DNA of 63,877 nt, filler included, from Lama guanicoe (taxonomy: Eukaryota), in assembly GCA_013239625.1 (NCBI GenBank). It is 203 parts of 203 records of this genome, joined end to end, with 100 filler letters (N's around TTAATTAATTAA, not from the genome) between each part and the next. Parts side by side here need not be neighbours in the genome. Positions count along the whole stretch, not along the records: positions 38,430 to 38,644 come from PNXV01038397.1; positions 38,745 to 38,959 come from PNXV01038398.1; positions 39,060 to 39,272 come from PNXV01038399.1; positions 39,373 to 39,587 come from PNXV01038400.1; positions 39,688 to 39,902 come from PNXV01038401.1; positions 40,003 to 40,217 come from PNXV01038402.1; positions 40,318 to 40,532 come from PNXV01038403.1; positions 40,633 to 40,847 come from PNXV01038404.1; 195 more parts are not named here. One strand, written 5' to 3'. Positions 38,430-49,037 of the stretch are shown piece by piece. Each line of letters opens with the position of its first letter. Positions within the stretch are counted from its first letter, which is position 1. The notes under the pieces were generated by a model. The model did no database searches. It saw only the letters and a list, made by a program, of their open reading frames with translations, and was not told where the DNA came from. The translations under genes were made by a program, and so were the position numbers.

Positions 38430-38644
38430 TCTAACAATGATCTGTCAAAATAAGAATTTAAGGAAACAATATCATTTATAATTGCATCAAAAGGTATAAA
38501 ATACCTAGGACTAAATGTAACTAAGTAGGTAAAAATCCTGTACTTGGGAAACTAAAAGACACCAATGAAAAAATTGAAGACAACATAAATAGATGGAAAA
38601 ATATAATGTGTTTGTGGAAACAAAACAATCCTGAGAAAGAAGAA
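38430..38644 (+). mobile_element. L1 ORF2 fragment with apparent internal deletion
   Basis: aattgcatcaaaaggtataaaatacctagga (IASKGIKYLG)...aaatagatggaaaaatata then jumps to aaaacaatcctgagaaagaag (KTILRKK). Confidence 0.85.
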
Positions 38645-38774
38645 NNNNNNNNNNNNNNNNNNNNNNNNNNNNNNNNNNNNNNNNNNNNTTAATTAATTAA
38701 NNNNNNNNNNNNNNNNNNNNNNNNNNNNNNNNNNNNNNNNNNNNTCAGCTGTGAGGCTGTCCACAGCAGTTCTG

Positions 38775-38930
38775 CCTTCTCACAATCAGATACGTTTGGG
38801 AAACTAGGTTAAACAAAGCTGGACAGGCTGCTTCAATACAGAGCTTCTCTGAGTCTTTAATGTGTATTGTGATGGGAGCCTCTCCCTCCCACCCCCTGGA
38901 TTTCTCAAGTTTATTTGATCACACAGCCTA
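38775..38930. mobile_element. hAT-Charlie MER-type fossil
   Basis: ggttaaacaaag...cttctctgagtctttaat...attgtga...tttctcaagtttatttgatcac. Confidence 0.5.
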
Positions 38931-39227
38931 ATTTTTTATTTTGCTAATTTTCAGGTGGANNNNNNNNNNNNNNNNNNNNNNNNNNNNNNNNNNNNNNNNN
39001 NNNTTAATTAATTAANNNNNNNNNNNNNNNNNNNNNNNNNNNNNNNNNNNNNNNNNNNNATGAAATATAACTTAAAAATCCAAAAGTGGAAACATGTACA
39101 TAATTTAACTTCCACACCAATTTGAAACTCCTGTACATCATTTCAAGTAAGTGCAGACACAAGGAGAGGCATCAGCGACCCACATAAAGGACTGTAACTT
39201 TCAACATCTAACATACACACTCTCACA

Positions 39228-39231
39228 TACA

Positions 39232-39272
<41 letters not shown>
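39228..39272 (+). repeat. (CA)n microsatellite at end of a 213-bp contig
   Basis: Seen directly. Confidence 0.95.
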
Positions 39273-39399
39273 NNNNNNNNNNNNNNNNNNNNNNNNNNNN
39301 NNNNNNNNNNNNNNNNTTAATTAATTAANNNNNNNNNNNNNNNNNNNNNNNNNNNNNNNNNNNNNNNNNNNNTGTGCGAGAAATAATAGCAATGTCTTC

Positions 39400-39555
39400 C
39401 TATAACAAACCCAGAAGGAAAGACTGTTTTCCCCATTTTAGATGAGAAAACAGACTCTCAAGAAGGTTAAGTAACTTGTCCCAAATTGGATACAAATTAA
39501 CCATGAAGCGTGGATTCAAGTCTAATTATCTGTGACTCCAAGATTTATGCTCATC
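39400..39555 (-). mobile_element. MIR
   Basis: ccccattttagatgagaaaacagactc...aggttaagtaacttgtcccaa...ggattcaag...tgactccaaag. Confidence 0.8.
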
Positions 39556-40948
39556 ATGCTGCCTTTCATTCGGCAAGTAGAAAGCCANNNNNNNNNNNNN
39601 NNNNNNNNNNNNNNNNNNNNNNNNNNNNNNNTTAATTAATTAANNNNNNNNNNNNNNNNNNNNNNNNNNNNNNNNNNNNNNNNNNNNAGAAGTTCCAAGA
39701 TGACAGATGTGTAGTTCAGACTGGAAAGGCCAAAGAATTCTAGGAGAAGGGTCTCCAAGAAGGTAAAATAGATTATTTGATTTGTCTGCATAGTTTGAGA
39801 AGAGACTCAGACTTGCAGTGGAGCCTCAGGGTCAATACAGTGGTAGGTACATAGAAAGCTAAGTAGTTGAAAAACAAATTAATTCTAGGGAAAACAAAAA
39901 GTNNNNNNNNNNNNNNNNNNNNNNNNNNNNNNNNNNNNNNNNNNNNTTAATTAATTAANNNNNNNNNNNNNNNNNNNNNNNNNNNNNNNNNNNNNNNNNN
40001 NNTTTCCCTGGTTTTGTTTCTCTGTAGAATCTGAAACTGGAAATCTTCTTCACTGACAGAAACTTCTGAAAAATTCTGACACATTGATGGCACTCTTGTT
40101 TTTCTCTGTTATTGTAGCTATAGTCTCATCTCTGTGTTCTTGCTTCAACTTTCCATGGACTTGGGGGCTTGTGGGGCTGGTGATCTTGGCTTTGTCTGGA
40201 ATTTTTGTCTGATGTCCNNNNNNNNNNNNNNNNNNNNNNNNNNNNNNNNNNNNNNNNNNNNTTAATTAATTAANNNNNNNNNNNNNNNNNNNNNNNNNNN
40301 NNNNNNNNNNNNNNNNNAGCTAATAGGAGAGTATAAGCTTCATTCAATGTAGCCTAATTAGCATATTCTTTCTCTCTAGAGTGTAATTCAGCACTACGCT
40401 ATTGAGCAAATGCCATACACCAAGTTCTGAGCTAGGCCCTATAGACATTCACTTTCTATAATATAGCAGGTATCTAATTCTGCAACAGTTGCAATAACTA
40501 GAGGAAGAGAAGCTCAGACTCGCCAGGTGATTNNNNNNNNNNNNNNNNNNNNNNNNNNNNNNNNNNNNNNNNNNNNTTAATTAATTAANNNNNNNNNNNN
40601 NNNNNNNNNNNNNNNNNNNNNNNNNNNNNNNNGGTTCATTCACTGAATCTCAAATATTAGACCTTTAGAAACACAAACCTTAATCTTCAGCAGCTTCATT
40701 TCAGACACCTTATTAAGCAGGGAAGCATGACCTGGAGAAAATAGAAATTCCAACCATTAAACTATTTATACATTAAATTATAAAAAATATTTATTTCACT
40801 GAATCACTGTTTCAGAATGTCTTAAAGTTAAAATAATAATCAAGAAGNNNNNNNNNNNNNNNNNNNNNNNNNNNNNNNNNNNNNNNNNNNNTTAATTAAT
40901 TAANNNNNNNNNNNNNNNNNNNNNNNNNNNNNNNNNNNNNNNNNNNNC

Positions 40949-41162
40949 ATAGTCATCAAATTGACAGCAATTAAGGATAAGGCAAAAATATTAAAATTAG
41001 CAAGAGAAAAGGAACAAATAACCTACAAGGGAACTCCTGTAAGGTTATCAGCTGATTTTTCAGCAGAAATTCTACAAGCCAGAAGGGAGTGGCACAATAT
41101 ATTTAAAGTGATTAAAGGGGAAAACTTACAACCAAGAATACTCTATCCAGCAAGGCTCTCAT
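40949..41162 (+). mobile_element. L1 ORF1p coding fragment (RRM/CTD region), open frame
   Basis: IVIKLTAIKDKAKILKLAREKEQITYKGTPVRLSADFSAEILQARREWHNIFKVIKGENLQPRILYPARLS; REK, ARR and YPA motifs of ORF1p. Confidence 0.95.
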
Positions 41163-41262
41163 NNNNNNNNNNNNNNNNNNNNNNNNNNNNNNNNNNNNNN
41201 NNNNNNTTAATTAATTAANNNNNNNNNNNNNNNNNNNNNNNNNNNNNNNNNNNNNNNNNNNN

Positions 41263-41450
41263 CTATTACAATATTTACCCTAATAAATACAATATAAATG
41301 TATTATATATATTCTATAAGCATATGTATCTGTATATAATATATACTATATGCATTCTATAAGTATATATATGAAATACATATAGTGTATATATATTCTA
41401 TATAGTGTGTGTGTGTGTATATATACATAAATAAAATATATGCATACAGT
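41263..41450. repeat. AT-rich (TA)n low-complexity tract
   Basis: Degenerate TA/TG dinucleotides. Confidence 0.8.
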
Positions 41451-41577
41451 ATTACAGAGCTAGTTAAACTCTCATTTNNNNNNNNNNNNNNNNNNNNNNN
41501 NNNNNNNNNNNNNNNNNNNNNTTAATTAATTAANNNNNNNNNNNNNNNNNNNNNNNNNNNNNNNNNNNNNNNNNNNN

Positions 41578-41792
41578 GGCTATTGTGAATAATGCTACAG
41601 AGAAAATAGGATTGTGGATCTCTCTTTAAAATATTGATTTTATTTCCTTTGGATATATACCTAGAAGTGCAATTGCTGGATTATGTGGTAGTTTTGTTTT
41701 CAATTTTCTGAGGAATCTTCATACTGTATTCCATAATGGCTATACCAATTTACATCCCCATCAACAGTGTAAAGAGTTCCCCCTTCTCCACG
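41578..41792 (-). mobile_element. L1 ORF2 3' region
   Basis: ggctattgtgaataatgct...tttcctttggatatatacctagaagtgcaattgctgg...ccataatggctataccaatttacatccc. Confidence 0.9.
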
Positions 41793-43782
41793 NNNNNNNN
41801 NNNNNNNNNNNNNNNNNNNNNNNNNNNNNNNNNNNNTTAATTAATTAANNNNNNNNNNNNNNNNNNNNNNNNNNNNNNNNNNNNNNNNNNNNCTCCAGTC
41901 CAGGTACAGAGGTGAGGCTCCAAGAAGGAGGGGAACAGGAGGAAGAAAGTTACAGCTGAAGGCAGGGCAGCAAGAAAGTGGGCTTCAGCTTCCTTCTGTT
42001 ACGCCCACGACATACACTTGCTTTCTGCTCAGCCACATTCCCCCGAGAGACACTCGATCCCTGTGTGACTTTACTGCTGTAAACCTCTCTCTTATGCTGC
42101 AACGCCTNNNNNNNNNNNNNNNNNNNNNNNNNNNNNNNNNNNNNNNNNNNNTTAATTAATTAANNNNNNNNNNNNNNNNNNNNNNNNNNNNNNNNNNNNN
42201 NNNNNNNTCAGCGGTGTCTGCTGAAGTAGCAGGCAGAGTGGGGGCGAGCGCGCAGCAGTGGGCTGCACGCTGGTAATCGCACATAATCTGCCAACAGCCC
42301 ATACACGGATGGAGTCCCCGAGACAGAGCCTGAAGTGGTGCAGAGCAATCAGGAATGGGACTCAGGAGGTACCCCAGGCCCCAGGGTTCTGAGCTGTGTT
42401 CCCAGGGCTGAGCAGGGCTGGGNNNNNNNNNNNNNNNNNNNNNNNNNNNNNNNNNNNNNNNNNNNNTTAATTAATTAANNNNNNNNNNNNNNNNNNNNNN
42501 NNNNNNNNNNNNNNNNNNNNNNTCTGTTGGAAAAATGATGATGAGATATATCAAATTTACTCTCCCATTTATTTGTAAAAGAGCTCTATTTAATAGATGA
42601 ACTCCCAGGACCTTGGGTCCTAAGTGGACCTGATAACTTCTAATGGAAGGCCCTGTCTACAAGCACTATAACCTATAAGAAATTCTAAATATTGGTTGAA
42701 GAACTCAAAAAGATGGCCTAATTGAAGATAAATTTACNNNNNNNNNNNNNNNNNNNNNNNNNNNNNNNNNNNNNNNNNNNNTTAATTAATTAANNNNNNN
42801 NNNNNNNNNNNNNNNNNNNNNNNNNNNNNNNNNNNNNTTTGCCCCCCTGCACCCCAGGTCACCACCCCTGGCCTGCTCCTACAGTCCCCCCTGAAGGCCC
42901 CTGCAGCATGCTCGGCGCTTGCCCTGCTGCATGTGTGAAGCTTCAAAGGGCTGCATCCTGACCTCAGTGTACGTGGACCCAGGCACTGGGAGGGAGCAGT
43001 GATTTTTCCTTACTCTTGTGTGCATCGGCACACATACGCAGAGAAGCGTGCCNNNNNNNNNNNNNNNNNNNNNNNNNNNNNNNNNNNNNNNNNNNNTTAA
43101 TTAATTAANNNNNNNNNNNNNNNNNNNNNNNNNNNNNNNNNNNNNNNNNNNNCAATTCTGCAAAATGTTTGGGGAAAGCAGCATTTGTTCCTGTTCCCCA
43201 CGGCCTCCCTCCTGCAGGGACCTGGCAGAATCCACAGAGACTTACGCGAGGAAGAGATGAGATAAGAATTCTTATCTCACATTGAATTTATGGAACCCAG
43301 AGCTGAATCCCCAGTCCACTAGATTCCATGTAGAGTGGAACAGAAAGCTCCTTCACTTTCTCCCAGGNNNNNNNNNNNNNNNNNNNNNNNNNNNNNNNNN
43401 NNNNNNNNNNNTTAATTAATTAANNNNNNNNNNNNNNNNNNNNNNNNNNNNNNNNNNNNNNNNNNNNGTATGTGATAACAGACTAAGTAATAGAATATTA
43501 TATTATTATTAGACAACGAATGACCTTGTGATAATTCTATTCCATAAGATAAGGTAGCTTTCACAAGCGGATATTAAAAATGGACTCTACACAACATTTT
43601 AAAATGACTATAAGATGTTTAAAAATTTTTTTAAAAATGTTTAAAAAATAAAAATAAATTAAACTAAAAAAGAAAAAGGACTNNNNNNNNNNNNNNNNNN
43701 NNNNNNNNNNNNNNNNNNNNNNNNNNTTAATTAATTAANNNNNNNNNNNNNNNNNNNNNNNNNNNNNNNNNNNNNNNNNNNN

Positions 43783-43841
43783 GGCAGAGCACATGCTTAG
43801 CATGCATGAGGTCTTGGGTTCAATCCCCAGTTAAAAAAAAA
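43783..43841 (+). mobile_element. tRNA-Ala-like SINE (Vic-1-like), 3' part
   Basis: agagcacatgcttagcatgcatgaggtcttgggttcaatccccag + A-run. Confidence 0.85.
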
Positions 43842-45042
43842 TTTTTTTTTAAATGTAACCTGGCAATGTTTGTTAAAGCCACACATTCTAAGGCCTCCTA
43901 TGCAGAGACTTTGATTCAGTAGGTGTTTCTTTGGTATAAATAATGTGATTGTTTATCTAATTCTTAATAGGAATGCTTAATAGCATCCTAATAGGGANNN
44001 NNNNNNNNNNNNNNNNNNNNNNNNNNNNNNNNNNNNNNNNNTTAATTAATTAANNNNNNNNNNNNNNNNNNNNNNNNNNNNNNNNNNNNNNNNNNNNAGA
44101 ATCCTGTCCTTTCTTACTCTGAGTCCGCTCAGAGGGCACCACTGTGGGTGGCTGAGAGGCTGGTCTGCAGGCAAGTCCTCGCTGGGGAGTGGCAGCAGAT
44201 ACTGATGACTTGGCTTCAGCATTCTTTGTTTACTGACATAGTTGCAGTACTTTCATTCACACAGTACTATTTTCATTCACAGTGCTCCCCCTTGGTCCTA
44301 AATTCGACCAATNNNNNNNNNNNNNNNNNNNNNNNNNNNNNNNNNNNNNNNNNNNNTTAATTAATTAANNNNNNNNNNNNNNNNNNNNNNNNNNNNNNNN
44401 NNNNNNNNNNNNTTTGAACGTACAGACATTGAAACAAAACCTACACCATCTCACTCGATTTCCCAACCTGAAGGCACCTGTAAAGAGCTCGCATTCAAGC
44501 CACATTCTTCTGTTTGTTTTTTCTTTCACCAGGAGTGTTGAGTTTTTCCTACAAATTTACAAATACATGGAGAACTCTTAATAAGCTATAAAATCTGACC
44601 TCCACCAACGGTTTTTAAAGTGCAAAANNNNNNNNNNNNNNNNNNNNNNNNNNNNNNNNNNNNNNNNNNNNTTAATTAATTAANNNNNNNNNNNNNNNNN
44701 NNNNNNNNNNNNNNNNNNNNNNNNNNNTGATCCAAACAGAAACACCTACTCTTGAAATTGTGTTCATCTGATTGCCCTCTAGACTGGCAAAGCCCATCCA
44801 TCTCTTATAGCAATTTGGAGAAAATGGATTAAAAATCTGAGCAGGATATATAGGGGACTTGTGTCTGGACTGTACACCATTTCTAAATTCTCATCTCAAG
44901 AACAAATGAAGACCAGATGGGGATAAACTATTTAAACTATTTNNNNNNNNNNNNNNNNNNNNNNNNNNNNNNNNNNNNNNNNNNNNTTAATTAATTAANN
45001 NNNNNNNNNNNNNNNNNNNNNNNNNNNNNNNNNNNNNNNNNN

Positions 45043-45257
45043 CACACATGAGTGATATCATATGGCATTTTTCTTTCTCTTTCTGACTTCAGTTAGAATG
45101 ACGATCTCCAGGTCCATCCACATTGCCATAAATGGCATTATATTATTCTTTTTATGGCTGAGTCATATTTAATTGTATAAATATGCCACAAATTGCTTTA
45201 TCCAGTCCTCTGTCATTGGACATTTAGGTTGCTTCCATGTCTTGGCTATTGTAAATA
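45043..45257 (-). mobile_element. L1 ORF2 end / 3' UTR
   Basis: cacatgagtgatatcatatgg...tctccaggtccatcca...tttttatggctgag...ggacatttaggttgcttccatgtcttggctattgtaaata. Confidence 0.9.
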
Positions 45258-45357
45258 NNNNNNNNNNNNNNNNNNNNNNNNNNNNNNNNNNNNNNNNNNN
45301 NTTAATTAATTAANNNNNNNNNNNNNNNNNNNNNNNNNNNNNNNNNNNNNNNNNNNN

Positions 45358-45488
45358 TATCTTGCAATAACCGTTAATGAAAAAGAATATGAAAATGAAT
45401 ATATGTCTGTACCTGCATGACTGGGACATGGTGCTGGACACCAGGAACTGACACATTGTAACTGACTATATGCCAATTAAAAAAAAAA
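45358..45488 (+). mobile_element. L1 3' end with A-tail
   Basis: aatgaaaaagaatatgaaaatgaatatatg...gacacattgtaactgactata...aaaaaaaaaa. Confidence 0.85.
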
Positions 45489-45503
45489 GAACAGTGTATT
45501 TTT

Positions 45504-45572
45504 GGGGTGAGTACAGCTCAGGAGTAGAGCACATGCTTAGCATGAATGAGGTCCTGGGTTCCATCCCCAGTC
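45504..45572 (+). mobile_element. tRNA-Ala-like SINE (Vic-1-like)
   Basis: ggggtgagtacagctcaggagtagagcacatgcttagcatgaatgaggtcctgggttccatccccag. Confidence 0.85.
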
Positions 45573-45672
45573 NNNNNNNNNNNNNNNNNNNNNNNNNNNN
45601 NNNNNNNNNNNNNNNNTTAATTAATTAANNNNNNNNNNNNNNNNNNNNNNNNNNNNNNNNNNNNNNNNNNNN

Positions 45673-45887
45673 GCCACTCTGTACTTTTTGATTGGAGAAT
45701 TTGGCCCACTTACATTTAAAGTGATTATTCATGGGTATAGATTTACTACTGATATTTTATTAATTGTTTTCTGATGAGAAGTTTTATAATTCCTTTCTTC
45801 CTCTCTTGCTTTTTTCTTTTGTGATTTGATGATTTTCTATAGCGGTGTTCCTTGATTCATTTCTCTTTATCTTTTGCATATCTCCTA
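45673..45887 (-). mobile_element. Old L1 fragment
   Basis: gccactctgtactttttgattggagaattt...ccacttacatttaaagtgattatt. Confidence 0.7.
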
Positions 45888-45987
45888 NNNNNNNNNNNNN
45901 NNNNNNNNNNNNNNNNNNNNNNNNNNNNNNNTTAATTAATTAANNNNNNNNNNNNNNNNNNNNNNNNNNNNNNNNNNNNNNNNNNNN

Positions 45988-46202
45988 AGACCCTGAGATA
46001 TAAAGGACAAACTAGCGAGGGGAGAGGAAGCAGGGAAGGGAGCGGGGCAAGGTAGGGGATAAAGAGGAACAAACAAACTACAATGTACAGAATAAACAAG
46101 TGACAAAGGTGTGTTGTACAGCACACGTGATAGAGCCAATACTTTATAATAAGTGTAAATGGTGTATAATCTGTAAAGTATTGAATCCCTATGTTTTACA
46201 AT
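45988..46202 (+). mobile_element. L1 3' UTR
   Basis: ggggcaaggtaggggataaagagg...tgtacagcac...agccaatactttataataa...tgaatccctatg. Confidence 0.8.
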
Positions 46203-47562
46203 NNNNNNNNNNNNNNNNNNNNNNNNNNNNNNNNNNNNNNNNNNNNTTAATTAATTAANNNNNNNNNNNNNNNNNNNNNNNNNNNNNNNNNNNNNNNNNN
46301 NNGGACTTAATCAGACAGGACCCAGTGTTCATTCTATTAAAATTATTACAGATTAGGGGCCCCTGTGGATGGGTAAGGACATGCACAAACGCGCCAAACC
46401 TGATTAAGCATTCTGGGGAAAAGTGCTGTCAATCAATCAAGAGACCATCTCTAAGCAAGGGCACAGGACAAAGGGGAGACCACAGCCGCCCCTTTTCCTC
46501 CCTTGGATCAGCCCCCCNNNNNNNNNNNNNNNNNNNNNNNNNNNNNNNNNNNNNNNNNNNNTTAATTAATTAANNNNNNNNNNNNNNNNNNNNNNNNNNN
46601 NNNNNNNNNNNNNNNNNTGGAACTAGTACTTAGTAAATAATAATTGTTAAAAATGTTTCCTATTTACTGATCATGGTTGTAGATTTTAAAAAATTAAAAT
46701 TTTAATATGTAAAGAATTTAGATAAACCACATTTCTATCTGTGTGTGTGTGTGTTTTGAGAGAGGGAAAAAAAGTTGATTGTTGTTCATAATCAATGAAT
46801 TATCACCAGCTGATCCAGACAAACAACAATTTNNNNNNNNNNNNNNNNNNNNNNNNNNNNNNNNNNNNNNNNNNNNTTAATTAATTAANNNNNNNNNNNN
46901 NNNNNNNNNNNNNNNNNNNNNNNNNNNNNNNNTTATAATAATGGATCTTCAGTTTTTTCTTTATATAAGAAAGAGCGTGTATTTTAGGTGTAACGGAGCT
47001 GGTCTTACATTCTATCTGCTACAGAAGAGGTGATAAATGAACGCAGACATGAACATGTATAGTAAGTTCCCTCTGAAAGAGCCAAGCACATCCTGCTACA
47101 TTATCAGCATAATTGAGAATTATTTAGGGTGTTTTATGAAATGCCTGNNNNNNNNNNNNNNNNNNNNNNNNNNNNNNNNNNNNNNNNNNNNTTAATTAAT
47201 TAANNNNNNNNNNNNNNNNNNNNNNNNNNNNNNNNNNNNNNNNNNNNAAATGAAGAGTTGAAAAGTAAAATCGAAAATATAAAGACAGTACAGGTGCGCA
47301 TGTAGTACATGGCCTGGCTTTGGGCATCGTTCACTGCCTGGGCTGCACAGTACACAGCCTGTGCCACTGTGCCCCGTTGCCCACGTGGAGGCCATCTTTC
47401 AGAGACTCAGCCGTAAGCAGTGAGTGCTAACTTGAAGGCATCCTTGACAGTTACCCGATGCANNNNNNNNNNNNNNNNNNNNNNNNNNNNNNNNNNNNNN
47501 NNNNNNTTAATTAATTAANNNNNNNNNNNNNNNNNNNNNNNNNNNNNNNNNNNNNNNNNNNN

Positions 47563-47777
47563 CTATTATTCTAAATAGTTATCTAAGGAATCATATCATT
47601 TGTATGTAACATAAAAGATAATCTTGGTTCTTCCTTTTTAATTCTGACTTATTTCATTTCTTTTTCTGTCTTACTGCACTGCTTAGGATTACCAGAACGT
47701 TGTTAATATAAGTGGTGGAAATAGATAACTTTAACTGTTCCTGATCTTCACCACTCAGTTTCTACTATTAAGTATGT
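47563..47777 (-). mobile_element. Old L1 ORF2 fragment
   Basis: ttcttcctttttaattctg...ttactgcactg...ccagaacgttgttaatataagtggtg...gttcctgatctt. Confidence 0.65.
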
Positions 47778-47878
47778 NNNNNNNNNNNNNNNNNNNNNNN
47801 NNNNNNNNNNNNNNNNNNNNNTTAATTAATTAANNNNNNNNNNNNNNNNNNNNNNNNNNNNNNNNNNNNNNNNNNNNC

Positions 47879-48000
47879 GTTTTACAGTCGCCTAAGAATC
47901 GATTTTCTGCAGAGGGGCCCAGCGGAAAGAACTCCACTCTCAAGATCCAATCTGCAGAGCTCGGGGACTCGGCTGTGCATTTCTGTGCCAGCAGCTTAGC
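47879..48000 (+). CDS. TRBV: Germline T-cell receptor beta variable (TRBV) segment, 3' half of V-exon (TRBV7/TRBV11-like)
   Basis: [50 protein letters not shown], DSAVxxCASS motifs, immediately followed by an RSS. Confidence 0.93.
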
Positions 48001-48039
48001 CACAGCTTTGCACACACCCCTCCTTCCTGTGCACAAACC
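48001..48039 (+). promoter_or_regulatory. V(D)J recombination signal sequence, 23-bp spacer
   Basis: Heptamer CACAGCT 48001-48007, spacer 48008-48030 exactly 23 nt, nonamer GCACAAACC 48031-48039. Confidence 0.93.
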
Positions 48040-48192
48040 TCACGATCCTCCCTCTCTCTGGAGCTCCCGGCAGCTCGAGACAGAGGCCACCCNNNNNNNN
48101 NNNNNNNNNNNNNNNNNNNNNNNNNNNNNNNNNNNNTTAATTAATTAANNNNNNNNNNNNNNNNNNNNNNNNNNNNNNNNNNNNNNNNNNNN

Positions 48193-48390
48193 GAGGACTT
48201 CAGAGCCTGAGGTCCAAACCTGGATCTTATCTCCTGCTAGGCGACCTACCTTGGAGGAATAGCTTGCCTTTCTGGTGCTTCTGTTTTCTCTGCTGTAAAA
48301 AATGTGGGTAACAATAAATAAAAGTGCATAGGGTTGTGGTTAGAATTAGGTAAAGTAGTACTTAAAGAAAATTTACAAAGAACCTAGCAG
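48193..48390 (+). mobile_element. MIR
   Basis: cctgaggtccaaacc...cttctgttttctctgctgtaaaa...catagggttgtggttagaatta. Confidence 0.6.
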
Positions 48391-48822
48391 TAAGGGATGG
48401 GTTATACNNNNNNNNNNNNNNNNNNNNNNNNNNNNNNNNNNNNNNNNNNNNTTAATTAATTAANNNNNNNNNNNNNNNNNNNNNNNNNNNNNNNNNNNNN
48501 NNNNNNNTCTTTCTTTCTTTCTTAGAATTTAAGGTTTGATGTTTGAAACGGAGCCCCTTGGCTGGACTCTGAAAGGGACAAAAGACAGACAGGTCCGTGT
48601 TTGCTCTTTGCTGGGGCACAGGGCATAGACTTCCCACATAAAAATACCAGTGTGCAGTGTCTCTGCCCATCACCCTGCGTTTACACTTAGCTCCATGAGG
48701 GCTTGCTACGTCCTTACCCTGANNNNNNNNNNNNNNNNNNNNNNNNNNNNNNNNNNNNNNNNNNNNTTAATTAATTAANNNNNNNNNNNNNNNNNNNNNN
48801 NNNNNNNNNNNNNNNNNNNNNN

Positions 48823-49037
48823 ATTGCTGGATCACATGGTAATTATATTTTTAATTTTTTGAGGAATCACCATACTGTTCTCCACAGCATGTATACCATT
48901 TTATATTCCCACCAACAGTGCTCAAGTGTTCCAAATTCTATACGTGCTCAGCAACACTTGTTATTTTCTATTTTTTTATAGCAGCTATCATAATGAATGT
49001 AAAGTAGTATCTGATTGTGCTTTTGATTTGTGTTTCC
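48823..49037 (-). mobile_element. L1 ORF2 3' region
   Basis: attgctggatcacatggtaatt...ttttgaggaatcaccatactgtt...attcccaccaacagtg...ttttgatttg. Confidence 0.9.

Noticed and set aside
40003..40217. Coding-looking purine-rich minus strand
   Set aside because: All three minus frames contain stops and no protein was recognised
17011..48039. An immune gene cluster linking MHC class I and TRBV
   Set aside because: Separate contigs placed together only by length sorting; multigene families are expected among unplaced contigs
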